From Camelus dromedarius (Eukaryota), in assembly GCF_036321535.1 (NCBI RefSeq), contig NC_087447.1, positions 42,348,001-42,412,000 on the forward strand: a stretch of DNA of 64,000 nt, read 5' to 3'. Shown in pieces: positions 26,928-40,509 of the stretch. The number at the start of each line of letters is the position of its first letter. The first letter of the stretch is position 1. Below the pieces are notes generated by a model. It was not told the DNA's origin. It searched no databases and saw nothing but the letters and a program-made list of their open reading frames with translations. Position numbers and translations under genes: made by a program.

Positions 26928-28969
26928 AATGTGGTGAATTATGTTAATTGATTTTCACAAGTTGCTTTCCTAGAATAAGCCTTATTTGCTCATAGTGTAT
27001 TACCATGTTTACATATTGCTGTACTAAATTAGCTAAATTTTTGAAGGTATTTACGTCTGTCTTCATGAGGAATATTGCTCAGTAGTTTTCTTTCCCTAAA
27101 TGGCTTTACCTGGTTTTAGTATAAGGGTAATGCTTGCCTCATAAAATTTACTCCTTCCTCCTTTGTTTTCTGAAAGAATTTGTGTAGGACTGGTATTATT
27201 TCTTCCTTATATATTTGGTAGAATCCAACAGTGAAACTATCTGAACCTTGGAGTTTTCTTTTTAGAAAGATTTTGAATTATGAATTTAAGTTTTAATAGC
27301 TATAGGACTATTCAGATTTCCTACTTTTTTTGAAGTTGGTTTTGGCAATTTCTGTCTATCAAGGAATTTGTCCCTTTCATCTAAGTTGTCTAATTTATTA
27401 GCATAAAGTGGTTCATAATATTCACATATTAATCTTTCAGTATCTGTAGTGATATCCCTTCTTTCATTCCTGATATTAGTAATTTGTGCCACATTTTGCT
27501 ACTTCTTGCCAGGTCTGGTAATTTTTCATTGGATGCTACATATTATAAATTTTATGTTATTGACTGAATAATTTTCTTGTCTTTCTTTAATAAATGTTGG
27601 GCTTTGTCCTTGGTGGGCAATTAAGTTATTTGTGGTTCAGCTTGACACCTTCAAGTCTTGTTTATAAGGCTTCTAAGGGTAAATCTGAATTAGCATTTAT
27701 TATAGGACTATTTTACAGTAAAACTATGGTATGGGCTTTTGCAGTTCTATTGATATCCCAAGTGATCAACAAGGTGTCTGAAGTCTGGCTGGTGGGGTCC
27801 CAGCCTATGTCCCAGCCTTGTGTGAACTCTAGGAACTATTCAGTTCACAGCTTCCTGGTTACTATTTGCCTAATCTTTGAAGTTTCACACTATATATAAA
27901 CACCCTAATATTCAACAAAGACTCAGGGGGACTCCATGTGAATTTCTTGAGCTCATTTTCTGTGGAGTCCCCTCCTTTCAGAAACCCTACCATGCTATCT
28001 GCATTCACCTTGGCCTCCCTAAACTTCAAATTCTGTCTCCATGACTCAGTAAGACCACAATACTGTTTATGGTAACCCCCTTCCTGCCCTATGGTCCAGA
28101 TTGTGCCTTCAGACAGAAAATGGTGAAAACTATAGGGCTTACTTTATTTGTTTTCTTTTCTCAAGGATCGCAGTCCTAATCTACTCCTTGGTTGAAGTCT
28201 GAAAATAGTTGTTTCACAAATATTTTGTCCAGTTTCTAGTTGTTTACAATAGGAGGTATTGTGTTCACTATTACTCCACCATGGTTGGAAGCAGAAGATT
28301 CTTCGTGCAATTTTTAGCTACTGTGGACAGGTGGATATTCTCTTTATCACCCAAAGTGTTCAGGATAATAATGGAGATCAAAGGAGAAATCACATATCAG
28401 GATTATTCTTTTAATTTACAGTGAAAATTTTCCTTTTACCTGCTCACTCATAATGTGGGAGAGAGATGCTTACTTTGCACAGTCCTTTAATATGCAGAGC
28501 CAGCACAACAAGCAGATTGAAAAGGGAAACAAAGTCAGAACACATGTAGCTTTGACCCCAATTCTCGGAAAACTCTGACCTGAGGTCAGATTACCTATTT
28601 CCCAGGAAGGAGGCCTGCGGGTGCTTATTTGGTAGATTTCATTTTCTAGGAAGGCAATCTAATTGAGAACTGACCCAGAAAAAAAACTAGCTTTTAACTT
28701 GCAAAAATTATTCTATTTAGCCATAGAGCTTCAATACCATTATGATTTAGTAGAGGGAACATTACCCTCAAAGGCAAACAGACGTGTGTTGAATCTTGAC
28801 TCTACAACTTCCTAGTTTTGACATGACTGAGGGCCTTAATTTTCTTTTCTGTAAAATAGGAACAACAGCAATTCTATCATTAGACTGTTGTAAGATCATG
28901 TATATCAAGCAATTAGCACAAGTCCTGCATGCAGAGTTCAAAGAGTGCAGGTAACTTAACCAATGGTAA

Positions 28970-31620
28970 TTTGAACAGATACTTCAAAGAAGACAGATGG
29001 CAGATAAGTATGTGAAAAGATGCTCAACATCATATGTCATTAGGGAATTGCAAATTAAAACAACAAGATATCACTGTACAACTATTGTAGTATATGGCTA
29101 AAATCCAAAGCACTGACAACACCAAATGCTGACAAGAATGTGGAGTGACAAGAACTCTTATTTGCTGCATGGAAATGCAAAATGGTAGAGCCACTTTGAA
29201 AGGCAGTTTGGCAGTTTCTTACAAAACTAAACATACTCTTACCATATGATCCAGCAATCACACTCCTTGGTATTTACCCAAATGAGTTGAAAATTCACAT
29301 ATAAATAAAAATCTGTACATAAATATTTATTGCAAGTTTATTCATAATTGCCAAAACTTGGAAGCAACCAAGATGTTTTTTCAAAAGGTGAATGGATAAA
29401 CAAAGCACAGTAAATCCATACAATGGAATATTACTGAGCAATAAAAAGAAATGAATGATCAAACCACAAAAAGACACAGAGGAAGCTTAAATGCATACAG
29501 TTAAGTGAATGAAGCCAATATGAAAAGACTACATACTATATGATTCTGACGATGTAACATCCTGGAATAGGCAAAACTATGAAAAAAGAGAAAAGATTAG
29601 TGGTTGCCAAGGACTCAGGGGAGGGAGAGAGGGATGAATTGGTGGAGCACAGGGGATTTTTAGAACTGAAACTATTCTGTATGATACTGTACTAGTGGAT
29701 TTATGTTATTATACACTTGTCAAATCCATAGAATGTACAACACAAAGAATGAACACTATAGTAAACTATGGACATCAGTTAATAATATGTCAGTATCAGC
29801 TCATCAGTTATAAGAAATGTACCACACTAACACAAGATGTTAAAGATAGAGGAAATTGTGTGGGGAGTGGTGAAGGGATATATGTGAACTCCCTGTACTT
29901 TCTAATCACTTTTTCTATAAACCTAAAACTTCTCTAAAAAAATAGAGTCAATTAAAAAATCAATAGTAGCAAAATGAAAAAAGTGTGTAAGTGGAGACCA
30001 AATGAGTGGTTATCAAGGGTTAGATATGGTGGTGAATAAGGGGGGAAAAGAAGTTGTATGACTAAAAAGAGGGTAGCACAAGGGAGATGTGATTATGGAA
30101 TAGCTCTGTATCTTGACTGCAGTGGTAGCTACATGAACCTACACATTTGAGAATATGACATAGAACTATACACACACATTGTACGAATGTCAATTTCCTG
30201 GTTTTAATATTGTGCTAATATAAGATGTAATGGGGAAAGTGGATGAAGGACTTCTCTGTACTTTCTTTGCAACTTCCTGTGAATCTATAATTGCATAATA
30301 ATAAAGTTTTGAAAAATAATAAATATCGTAACCAAGAGGAGTCTAAGTAGACATGTGAAATGCCATGTAGCATCCTAGATGGGATCCTAGATGACAAAAA
30401 GGACATTAGGGAAAACAGGACATCTAAATAAGGTATGGACTTCAGTTAATAATAATGTATTGGTAGTGTTTCATTAATTGTGACAGATGTACCATACCAT
30501 CATAAGATATTAATAATAGAGGAAACTAGATGTGGAGTACAGTGGAACTCTGTTCTATATTTGCAGTAATTCTGCAAAGCTATTCTAAATTAAAAGGTTA
30601 TTTTAAAATAATAAATAAATCGTGGCAAGCTAATAAAATACATAAATCCAAGTACCTAAGGACTTATATCCAGAATATATAAAGCATTCCTACAAATCAG
30701 TAAAAAAAAAAGAACTGGACAACTCAATTTAAAAATATACAAAAGACTTAAATCGACATCTCACAAGAGAAAAAGAGAAAAACAAAGGGGACAATAAACA
30801 TATAAAAATGTGTTCAACATCATTAAGTCATCAAAGAAATGCAAATTAACACCACCATAAAGTAGCATTAACCATCTAAAGAATGTCTAAAATTTAAGTG
30901 ATTGATAATACAAAGTGTTGGTTAAGATGTGGAACAACTGGAACTCTCATGCATTGCAGGTGGAGTGTAACTTGGAACAATCACTTTGGGTAAATGTTTT
31001 TGGCAGGTCCAACTAAAAACTAAGCATACATATGACCCTGGATGTACACCCTAAAGAAACTAGAGTTTATGTCTGTCAAAAGACATGCAGAAGAATGTTT
31101 GTAGCAGTGTTCTTTGTGATTGCTCAAAACTGGAAATGACCCAAATATCTATTAATAGAATGGATAAATAAAATCATACAGTGGAATACTACATTACAAC
31201 AAAAAAGGACAAACTATTGATACACACATAGAATGGGTGAATCTCCCTGACAATGCTGAATGAAAGAAGTAACACACAAAAATATATATCGTATGACTCC
31301 AAACCAGTGCTAGATTCAAGTTGACAAAATCTAAAAACAAGTCCTCAAAGATGACCTAATATATTTTTAGGAAACACACATAGAAGAGTTTAGCATTAAA
31401 GGGGTATCGTGTCTGCAACTTACTCTCAAGAAAAAAATACGTGCAGGAAAAAGAAAGGAGGAAATATATGCAGAGAGAATGATACAGCAAATGTGGTAAA
31501 ATGTTAACATTGAGAAGTCAGGGTGAAGGGTATATAGGAATTCTTGAACTCTTCTTCTAAAGTCTGAAAATTAAAAAAATGATAAATAAAAAATTAAAAT
31601 AAACCTCCCCCCACAAAAAA
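28970..31620 (+). mobile_element. Cluster of old L1 3' ends (L1MC/L1MD-like)
   Basis: ORF2 end motifs (gaattgcaaattaaaacaac, ccatatgatccagcaatc, tggaatattac) and repeated 3' UTR segments. Confidence 0.82.
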
Positions 31621-31694
31621 CAATTAAAATTTTAAAAATTAAAAATATCAAAATAAAAAGTTAAAAAATAAAAAATATCCCATTGTCACATTTT

Positions 31695-32036
31695 TTCCCC
31701 CTAAACAACAGAAATTTATTTTCTCACAGTTCTGGAGGCCAAAAGTCCAAGATCAAGGTGGCAGCAGGGTTGGTTTCTCCTGAGGCTTCTCTCCTTGGCT
31801 TGGAAATGGCTGTCTTCTCACTGTGTCCTCACAGAGTGTTTCCTTTATAGACACTGCACCCCTGGTGTCTCTTTTTGTGCGTCCTAACTTCTTCTTATAA
31901 AGGCACCAGTCAGGTTGGATTAGGGCTAATGGCTTCACTTTAACTTTACCTCCTTTAACGCCCTATTTCCAAACACATTCTGATAGTTAAAGCTTTAATG
32001 TATGAATTTTGGAGAGGATGCTATTCAGCCTGTAAC
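31695..32036 (-). mobile_element. MaLR (MLT1-like) LTR
   Basis: aaacaacagaaatttattttctcacagttctggaggc...gtccaagatcaaggtg. Confidence 0.85.
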
Positions 32037-32829
32037 ATTCTTAGTCCTCTTTTTCTTTCCTAACTCCTCTTCATTTCTTCAAATATTAAAAAAAAAAATC
32101 ACCTATGATGTGGATTTCTAAATGTATTCTTAGAATTCTGTCAGTCAGTTTGTACTACATATTTGGGACTGTGTTATTTACAGGGGGAACTGAAGCTTTA
32201 TCATCATGAAATGATTCTCTTTATCTCAGTAATTTTTTTCATTAAAAATTGACATTTAAAAGTACTTACACAAAATAATATTTTATGTTCTACAAGGATA
32301 ATGATTAAGGATACACATCAAACATATGAAAATAGTTGCCCATCGAAGAGAAAGAGATAATAAGTCACAAACGAAGAGGGGGAAAGGGAGAGGGCGGTCT
32401 CACATGGACCACTGATGATAATGTGCTATGAACTGAGATTATAATTAACTCAACTCTTCACATCTGAGATCCAAAAAAGTAGTAAGGAAAGAAGGAAAAA
32501 AGCAAGGCAGGAAAATGGAAGGAAGGACCATATACGTCAAAATTATTAATTTGTAAGCAGTCTAGGAGGACTTTTCAGCTGACTATATATCATGATTCCT
32601 GAACTTAGAGGATGAGAAAGAGATACTACTCTAAATGGGTTAGAATGAAGAGCATTGCAGTAAGAAGGCATAGCAGGTGTATATAGGGACAGAATAATGA
32701 GAGTACATGTCATTTCAAAGTGGAAAGGGGAGGACAGTAATGAGAGAGGAATTCAGAAAGGTCAGTTAGTGCCAAAATGGAAAAGCATTATGTTAGGCTT
32801 TGTGCTACAGGTTAAGATACTTTTTAAGA

Positions 32830-33070
32830 GAGTACTGTAGAGTGGTTAGAAAGCTCAGATTTGAATCAGAAAGCTTGAATTTGAATCTGAACTATACCAC
32901 ATGGCAGGTGGTGGTATGACCTTGAGCAAGTTATTTAAGCTCAATGAGACTCAGTTTCTCATAATGAAAATTTAAATAATAATGGTATTTATCTCAGTGA
33001 GTTGTGAGAAATGAGAAAATGCACGTAAAGCTTTCATACAGCACTTATGCACGACTTCAAATCCTCCTAA
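32830..33070 (+). mobile_element. MIR SINE
   Basis: tgaccttgagcaagttatttaa...ctcagtttctcat core. Confidence 0.75.
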
Positions 33071-33079
33071 CTATAGCTG

Positions 33080-35330
33080 TAGTGACCAATTCTGTGCAGT
33101 TTCAACCACCTTCATGCAGGTGCAACTTGACAGCACCTCTTTCCAGGCCTGAAGTTTACCTGTCACTTCCTATCCAAGGTCTTGTCTGATTACACTTCTT
33201 GGGATCCTGTGGGCACCTGCTGGGTATTTCCACATCACAACCCAGAAGTGGCCAAGGAGGTTTAAGCCTTGTGAGGCAACCCTTAACCAATGAGAACAGG
33301 AATGGACAAATAAATGTTTCTCTCTTTCCTCCCTTAGGTGGATAGTCCTGAGATGCATTGCAAATAATCCCTCAGTTGGTCTCACAGGATCTAGTACCCA
33401 ATTGTCCAGAACAGTAGCTAACTGCACAGCCCACCTTTATATTGGCTTCTTCCTCTTTCCTTGTTTTAATCCACGTTGTCCCTCACTTCTGCCCTCTGAA
33501 ATCACACTCTGAAGTAATCATGTAAGATTTTGTCTCAGGCTCTGCTCTCAGGGCAACCCACGCTAAGAAAGGTGTTACATAAAATGGTCTTAGAAAGCAG
33601 AATCTTAGGAAGGAATTGCATCACCTAATGAGGGCTCCATTGTTGTTGAAAACTGGATTAGTGATGCCTCTGACCTGCCTAGAATGGCATTTACTAAGGG
33701 TGATCTAGATAAGGTGCAGGTGAAAGGGAAATGTTGGCTATGTATACCATGGCCACAGCTCAGGAAGAGTATGAGGTGGTGATTATTATGAGGACTGTGG
33801 AGGGGGTTCACTTTTTTAACATTGGAAACATTAGGAAACTTAAAGAAAAAAGGAAAAAGACAAACTCCTGTCAGCCAATCAACAACTTTAGCTTAGCTGT
33901 GAAATCAAGAGGGCCTTTATGACATTTCATTCGGAAAAGCATTTCAGGAGACTCAATGCCTGAAATAATAGGGCAGCCTGTGCTGAAAATTGGGCCTGGG
34001 TTCTCATCAGAAAGGCAGCATTGCTTCAAAGCCTCAATAGATCTCTTAAGTCAAAGCCAGTCCCTAATAGGAAGAAGGTGGACCCCGGATCTGGGACAAA
34101 GATACATAGATGGATAAGCACTAGAATTTTTTGTGGGTGTGTGTGATAAGCATGAGAATTTTGAACCTCTGGATTCTCTTAAAATCCTCCAGGCTAGCAG
34201 AAGCAGCTCCCTCCCCTAGCTGAAGGAGAAGAGCCTCCCCTCACTTGAGGACCCCCGCAAAGATTTAACCTGAGGCAGATGTCCTTAAGATCTACCCTTC
34301 ATTGCTCCAGGCTCATTATACTGATAACAGGGTTATGTTTCAGCATAGCCCAGGAGGGGGAATATCCCTTCTACTCCAAGAGAAAATAAATTACACACCA
34401 AAAGTATAGGATTTTGCTATAATGTCCCAACAGAAACCAAAGGAGTGTATCTTGAAGGACGTGGAATATAAGACTAAATAGGTGAGAATTTATTGACATG
34501 GAGGCACTTGCCAAGACTCAGATTCAGAGTTCTGGCAAGAGCACACTTGGAGCTGGTCCTAATATCCTGCTGGGGATGGCTCTTTTGAAGTTTGAATACA
34601 AGGAACTAGCAACCCATCAGCACAGCTTCTAGCAATTAGTAAGTGGCGATGGCTCTGTAGAAAGTTAAGGGGCAAAACCAGTTTGTCTTTAGTGGAAAAC
34701 ACATTAGTACCCATTTATTGTCTTGCCCCAGGATTGTTTTATTTAACTCTCCTGCTCTATCACTGTATAGTCTGTAGTGGCCTTGATCGCTTAACATTCT
34801 ACAGACCATCACACTGGTCTGATAGTAAAAACATCATACTAATTGAGCCTGGTGAACAGGAGTGATAAATATTCCCCCAAAAGCCCTAGGAATATATATG
34901 TAGGCCATGTAAAAGCATGAAAATTTTAGAGACTGCCACATCAGTAAAGTGTTTAGGGATCCAATGGTTTGTGGCATCCCAAGTTGCTCCACCCTATGCT
35001 AAGAAACAGCAAAAGAAACTGCTTGGTGGACCTCTTTTAATTATGAGAGCAGCATGTACCATTTTGGGAATACTATTTTATTTGTTTATTGAGTATCTAG
35101 AAAAGCTCCCACTTTTGAGTGAGACGAAGAGCAAGAGAGGGCCTTGTTACAGAGGCCCAAACAACTGTATGCTCTGTAGCAGCTGCGAGCAACAGAGAAA
35201 GCTGTCCTGCCACTTGGGTCATGTGACTCAGTAGATGCGATACACCAGAGGAATCCATGGTAAGGAGAACCACTGTGTGGTGTCTCTTATAAGCTACAAA
35301 AGGAGAATTGCCACATGTTTCTAGGGTTCT
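33080..35330 (+). mobile_element. Ancient ERVL-class provirus relic: LTR16-like LTR (about 33080-33570) plus internal region with RT remnants
   Basis: LTR end tgtctcaggctctgct...aacccacgctaaga; degraded pol motifs VLPQ..NSPAL..HCIV and KILETATSVKCLGIQW at 34.7-35.0 kb. Confidence 0.7.
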
Positions 35331-36929
35331 AGACCAGGTGTTTGACCCATGGGTCAAATTCAGCTTGGTTTTGTTGTTGTTGTTTGGTTTTGGATTTGGT
35401 TTGTTTGATTGACTTAGGGTTTTTAAGTCTGAGTGACTTGGATGGTGGTAATGCCATTAGAAGAAACCAACAATGCAGTAGGAGGAGCATGTTTTGCTAA
35501 TGAAAATACTTAATTTGAAATATTTGGGTATATCTTTGAGATGTCCAGTGAACAGGACATGATGCTGACCTAGATATCAAGTGAAAGTTGGATCTTCCAT
35601 TCAGCAAATGTATATTGAAATTCTACTATGTGCAAGCCAGTCCTGGTTCAGTGCCATGTTCTTAAAGATAACTGACACCGTGAAAGAATTAAGATCTGAG
35701 AAATGGGGAGAGGATAGGCAACGTACCAGTAGAAGGAGTAGTAAATAATTAAGCACCTATTTTATGTATGGCTCTATCTAGCTCTGTTATGAAGGTAGGA
35801 GATGCAATTGTCATTGTATTTACTTCAAGGTACTTCTAATCTAATAGAGGTGATGCTCTTATATAACAGAGTTGGGAGTGAGAAATATTCTTAAAAGTAG
35901 AAATGGGAGCTCCGAGGAGAGAGGAAGCTATTACTTGCAGCTGAGCCATTACTTGCAGCTAAAATATCAGGATGGAGGAGGTAGCATCTGAGCTGCACTC
36001 TGGATACATAACACTGAAATATGCAAAAACTAGATTGTGAGGGAAGAACACTGTAAGCAGAGGAGACGGCAGAGGCACAGAAATGGGAGAAGGTGGTAGT
36101 TAGGATCTTTGGTTGCAAAGATCACATTACCTTAAGTGATAAAGGCTATGTGGGAAAATAAAGAAGACAGTAATCTCAATCATGTAGGACTGAGGCTTTG
36201 TAGGGGTTTAAATTCCGTCTGGGAACTGGAAGGTTATAGTGGATCCAAGGCAGCTCCAGGGATCAGGTATTTTGTCTGGACCCCTTTCTATGGTCTGCCA
36301 CTATGTAAGGATGTTATCTCTGCATCTGCTGCTCCTGCTATACCACTTAACTTCTCATTTTGTTTCTGCATACTCAAGAGTTCTGTTTACTCCTGACTTC
36401 TGCTGTGTCATAACTTCTGGTTACAGTTTTTTCTCTGTGTGTCTTTCAGCTTCTGACCCTGCCATTAACTACTTGACTGTCTGGGTCTCAAATTCAATCC
36501 TGGCAAGAGAAAATTTGATTGATCTGGTTAATTATTATCATTCTTATTGAACATCTCTCTTGAGCAATTGGACAAACTATGAATAGACTGATCAATTAGT
36601 TGTGTCAAAGGTGACAGAGCCCAATGGCATAGAACAAGGTGACCTCAGAGCTGTGGGAGTGGAAGGCATTGCTCCAAAACTGGGAATATCAAGTGAAGTA
36701 ACTTTGCCTGATCCTAGGTATAGCAAAGAGAAATAAACCTGAGACAAGACAATGGTGGCCATAAGCGCCAGGATGAATCATTAAGATTTGACTAGGCCAG
36801 TTTTTCTCAACCCTATCAGACCTCTTTTTGTAATGTCCTCTCTACTTTTGTTTTTTTAATTCTTAAAAAAATTTTTTTATTACTCTTTTTTTTTTTTAAT
36901 GGTGGTACTGGGGATGAGACTGTGGGAGA

Positions 36930-37036
36930 TTTTTTGTTTTGTTTTGTTTTTATTTTAATGGAGGTACTGGGGACTGAACCCAGGACCTTGTGCATGCTAA
37001 GCATGTGCTCTACCACTGGGCTATTACCCTCCCCCC
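36930..37036 (-). mobile_element. vic-1-type SINE (a partial second copy lies at about 36885-36920)
   Basis: Reverse complement of the same consensus. Confidence 0.88.
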
Positions 37037-37093
37037 TCAACTATTCTTAATGAGGTCCATAGATATTATAGGCTAATAACACACACATATTTT

Positions 37094-37265
37094 ATTTATT
37101 TATTTATTTGAAAAAAAAATTTTGTTGTTTATTTATTGTTGTTGTTGTTGAGGGGAGGTAATTAGGTTTATTTACTTTTTTTTTTTAAATGGAGGTACTG
37201 GGGATTGAACCCAGGACCTCATGCATGCTAAACAGGCACTCTATTAATTGAGCTATACCTTCCCC
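37094..37265 (-). mobile_element. vic-1-type SINE with long tail
   Basis: Consensus body; TSD aacacacacatattt on both sides. Confidence 0.9.
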
Positions 37266-37694
37266 ACAACACACACATATTTAAAAAAAAAATCAATATA
37301 GTGATTTAACTGTTATGCAAGGAAGAAATAAAAGGAAAATGCTTTATAATAAAATAATGTGTATTTCAATATGCAGTTTCTCATGGACAGCTACACTAGA
37401 AGTCATAAAGCAGTAGTCAGATGCTTGCAATAGTACGTGGCAAAGTTATCGATGTTACAGCTATAATTCAGACTGGTATGTGTGTTGTGTTCGTGATGAA
37501 GATACCATCAACAACACTGCAACCAATAATGTAATTTTTTTTCTTTAAGTAAGGTAATTTTTTGAAATGGTATCATCAATCCCTAGCATAGTGTCCAGTA
37601 CTCAGTTAAATTTAGTGCCTTTTGACATGAGAAAAAAAAAATTAAAAGCAAAAGAGACCCATTCAAGACTTTTAAAACAGAAGTGCCTGGATCA

Positions 37695-37822
37695 TTTTGG
37701 TTTCTTTCTATTTTTTTTTTTTTTTCTCAAATGGAGGTACTGGGAATTCAACCAAGTACCTCATGCATGCTCAGCATGCTCTCCACCAACTGAGCTCCAC
37801 CAACTCAGCATCCCCACCCCCA
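37695..37822 (-). mobile_element. vic-1-type SINE, diverged
   Basis: Perfect 16-bp TSD agaagtgcctggatca (37679-37694, 37823-37838). Confidence 0.85.
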
Positions 37823-38621
37823 AGAAGTGCCTGGATCAGAGCAATCTTCAGGAAGATTTAAGATCCCAAAAGATAATGAGCTTCAGGGTCTGTGTTGTTT
37901 TTATATTTGACTCATCTCCCACTCCTACCCCAGTGCTTATAAGTAGTAAGCACTCAATACATGATTTTTTAAGTGAATTGATTTGAGTCGAATAATTTCT
38001 TCAGCAAAGTGCCCACAGGGCCCTTTGGTATAACATTATCTTTGGGCAGAGCTCCAGAAAAGCAGTGTTGGTGGAAGAGATTCCCTCACCACAGCGCCCA
38101 AAATTAGTCTTATCTCTATTTCACATTTGCAGGACTCTGAAGTCTAAAATAGAATGTTCTAGGTCCAGCTCTGTCGTGAAGAAAGCTACATTCTGTCAGA
38201 TCACCTCAAGATTCACTAGCACAAGGGCAAGGACCAGCAATCATGTAAGTCTTTAACAAAAATTCATTCTATGTAGCTGGCAAACAATGTGTTGTAAATT
38301 TTGGTTGTCTGCTTGAAGAATGTCTTCATTTCCAAGCACAGTGCCTGGCACCATAACCACTTAACAAATACATGTCAAATGGATGGATGAATAGCACCAG
38401 CTGGAAACAGTGCCTAAAAAAGAAAAATGAAAAAGCAAAATTCTAATGCGTGTTACACCAGAATCACACGTGGAACTCAGATTAGTTTTCAGTTTGAAGA
38501 ACCAACAAGCCGACTAACTCAAAAGCAAGCATTCAGGCCACAGATCCAAAACAGGGAAAAAGTAAGTAATATATATGCATGGTTACAAAGTAATGCGTAA
38601 GAGCTTAAGATGAAATTAACA

Positions 38622-38750
38622 GGGGAAAGGTATAGCTCAGTGGTAGACCTTGTGCTTAGCATGTACGAGGACCTAGGTTCAATCCCCAATACCTCTATTT
38701 AAATCAATCAATCCTAATTAACTCCTCCCCAAAGAAAAAATGTTTTTAAA
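38622..38750 (+). mobile_element. vic-1-type SINE
   Basis: Consensus body; TSD-like aagatgaaattaacag/aagatgaaaagtaacag. Confidence 0.9.
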
Positions 38751-39089
38751 AAGATGAAAAGTAACAGCTTCTTGATCTTCTTCTTCTCCCCTCCCCCCAA
38801 CCTTCACTCCCACTGCCCCAGATAGGTCCAAGTTTCTAAATATGAAACTTTGTTCAAAAGATCTTGTGACGTTATACCTATTTTCTGCTTTCTCCATTTT
38901 CTCTATAAAATTACTGATCTGATTAAGAAGACTTACACATCAAGTTGACTTTCAAATGATGGGAAAAGTTTAAAAGGAAACACTTCTACCATTTCAACTT
39001 TGGTGGCCGTGGCGATGTGCCTGTCATTACTTAGTACAGAGCCATTGTTCTCCTGAATAGCAAAAAGACGGTAATATTTATTTATAAGT

Positions 39090-39260
39090 AACCATTTATT
39101 GATCACTATGTGCAGGCATCATTCTAACATTGGCTTTACAAATATGATCTCATTTAATTCTCACAGCAATTTATGAAGTATGTACTATTATTATCCCATT
39201 TTTCAGATGAGAAAACTGAGGCTGAGATAGGTTAAGTAACTTGTTCTGAGTCACACAGAA
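39090..39260 (-). mobile_element. MIR SINE
   Basis: Core attatcccatttttcagatgagaaaactgaggct...aggttaagtaactt. Confidence 0.85.
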
Positions 39261-39364
39261 GACAGTAGCACTTGAACACAAACTGCTTGATGAAAATCTG
39301 AAACTGTCTCACAACAGAACTCTGAATCCCACTTCTGTCAGACTCCTGCAAGAGTGTAATCTTT

Positions 39365-39545
39365 TTATTTTTATTTATCTTATTTATTTATTTTATTGAA
39401 GTATAATTGATTTACAATGTTGTGTTAGTTTCTGGTGTACAGCAAAGTGATTCATTTATACATATACATATATTCTTTTTCATTGTAGGTTATTACTACC
39501 TATTGAATAGTTTCCTGTGCTATACAGTAGGACCTTGTTGTTTAT
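39365..39545 (-). mobile_element. L1 3' UTR fragment
   Basis: ttattgaagtataattgatttacaatgttgtgttagtttctggtgtacagc. Confidence 0.82.
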
Positions 39546-40509
39546 AGGTCTAATCTTTTTAAATGTATACCTTATAGTATTAAAGAAAGGCTGTGATTAT
39601 TCAAGAGGGATAAAATATCAAAAGACGATTTGGGGAAATGATGCCAACTCTTAAAAAGAAAATGCAATGGTTGGCAGCCACTTGTCCTCATATGGTTCCA
39701 CCATTTTGCCTATTGAGAATGTTTCCAGATGAAGGACAAACGCTGACAGTTAGACATAAGTAAAGAGCAATAAATAACCTACAAGCATCCCAACAGGAGG
39801 ATAATTTAGTAGTTTATGTGAGGAGCATAATGCAGTTCTTTAAAATAATGATCCTCAAGTTCTGTGAGAAATGGGCCAATGTTAACATAACATTACCTGA
39901 TAACAGTAAAATAGAAAATGATAGTTCTGTTGCAGCTACGTAAAAATCTCTTCTTCTGAACATTAACATAAAGAGAAAAGCAAAAGTAATTGTGGTTTCT
40001 GGTTAAGGGACTGTAATTAGGTGTTATTTCCGCACACCTCCCCTCAATTTCTGTAGTGTTGTTTTTTGACTAAGAAAAGAAATTTGAACAAAAACAATAA
40101 AGCATTACTATACAAAACTGGGTTCTGGCCTCAGTAGTGTAGAAGTGGGGAGAAACTGGAGAAAGACCTTTAGATCAAGTTTATCAGGGGTCTCTAGAAA
40201 GTTCCCTTCACGGTGCTCCCACCTTGTTAAAACTTTATCTCAGAAACCAAGGTTTATTTTTTCTCTTTGAATTCTGTTAAGTTTTGCTCTTGCATTAAAA
40301 AATAATTGTGTGTTTTGTTTTAATTATTAGTTACTAAACTTTGGCACTGAGTCACGCAAATCAGTTTTGGTCCCGGGCAAGTAAAATCCACTCAGTCTTT
40401 GAGACACAGCACTTCTGTCACAGGGTCAGGAGTTCCCACTGAAACCTGCACCGAGCATCTGTTGCTTGGGGCTACTTCAAGATGTCAAATTTCTGTCTCA
40501 GATTCCAGT

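Larger units (their letters stand above)
24110..27490 (-). mobile_element. Old degraded L1 (L1M type; ORF2 to 3' UTR), interrupted by younger insertions
   Basis: ORF 27286..27492 (QITNIRNERRDITTD...YEPLYANKLDNLDE) is L1 ORF2-like; T-rich antisense L1 motifs throughout. Confidence 0.85.
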
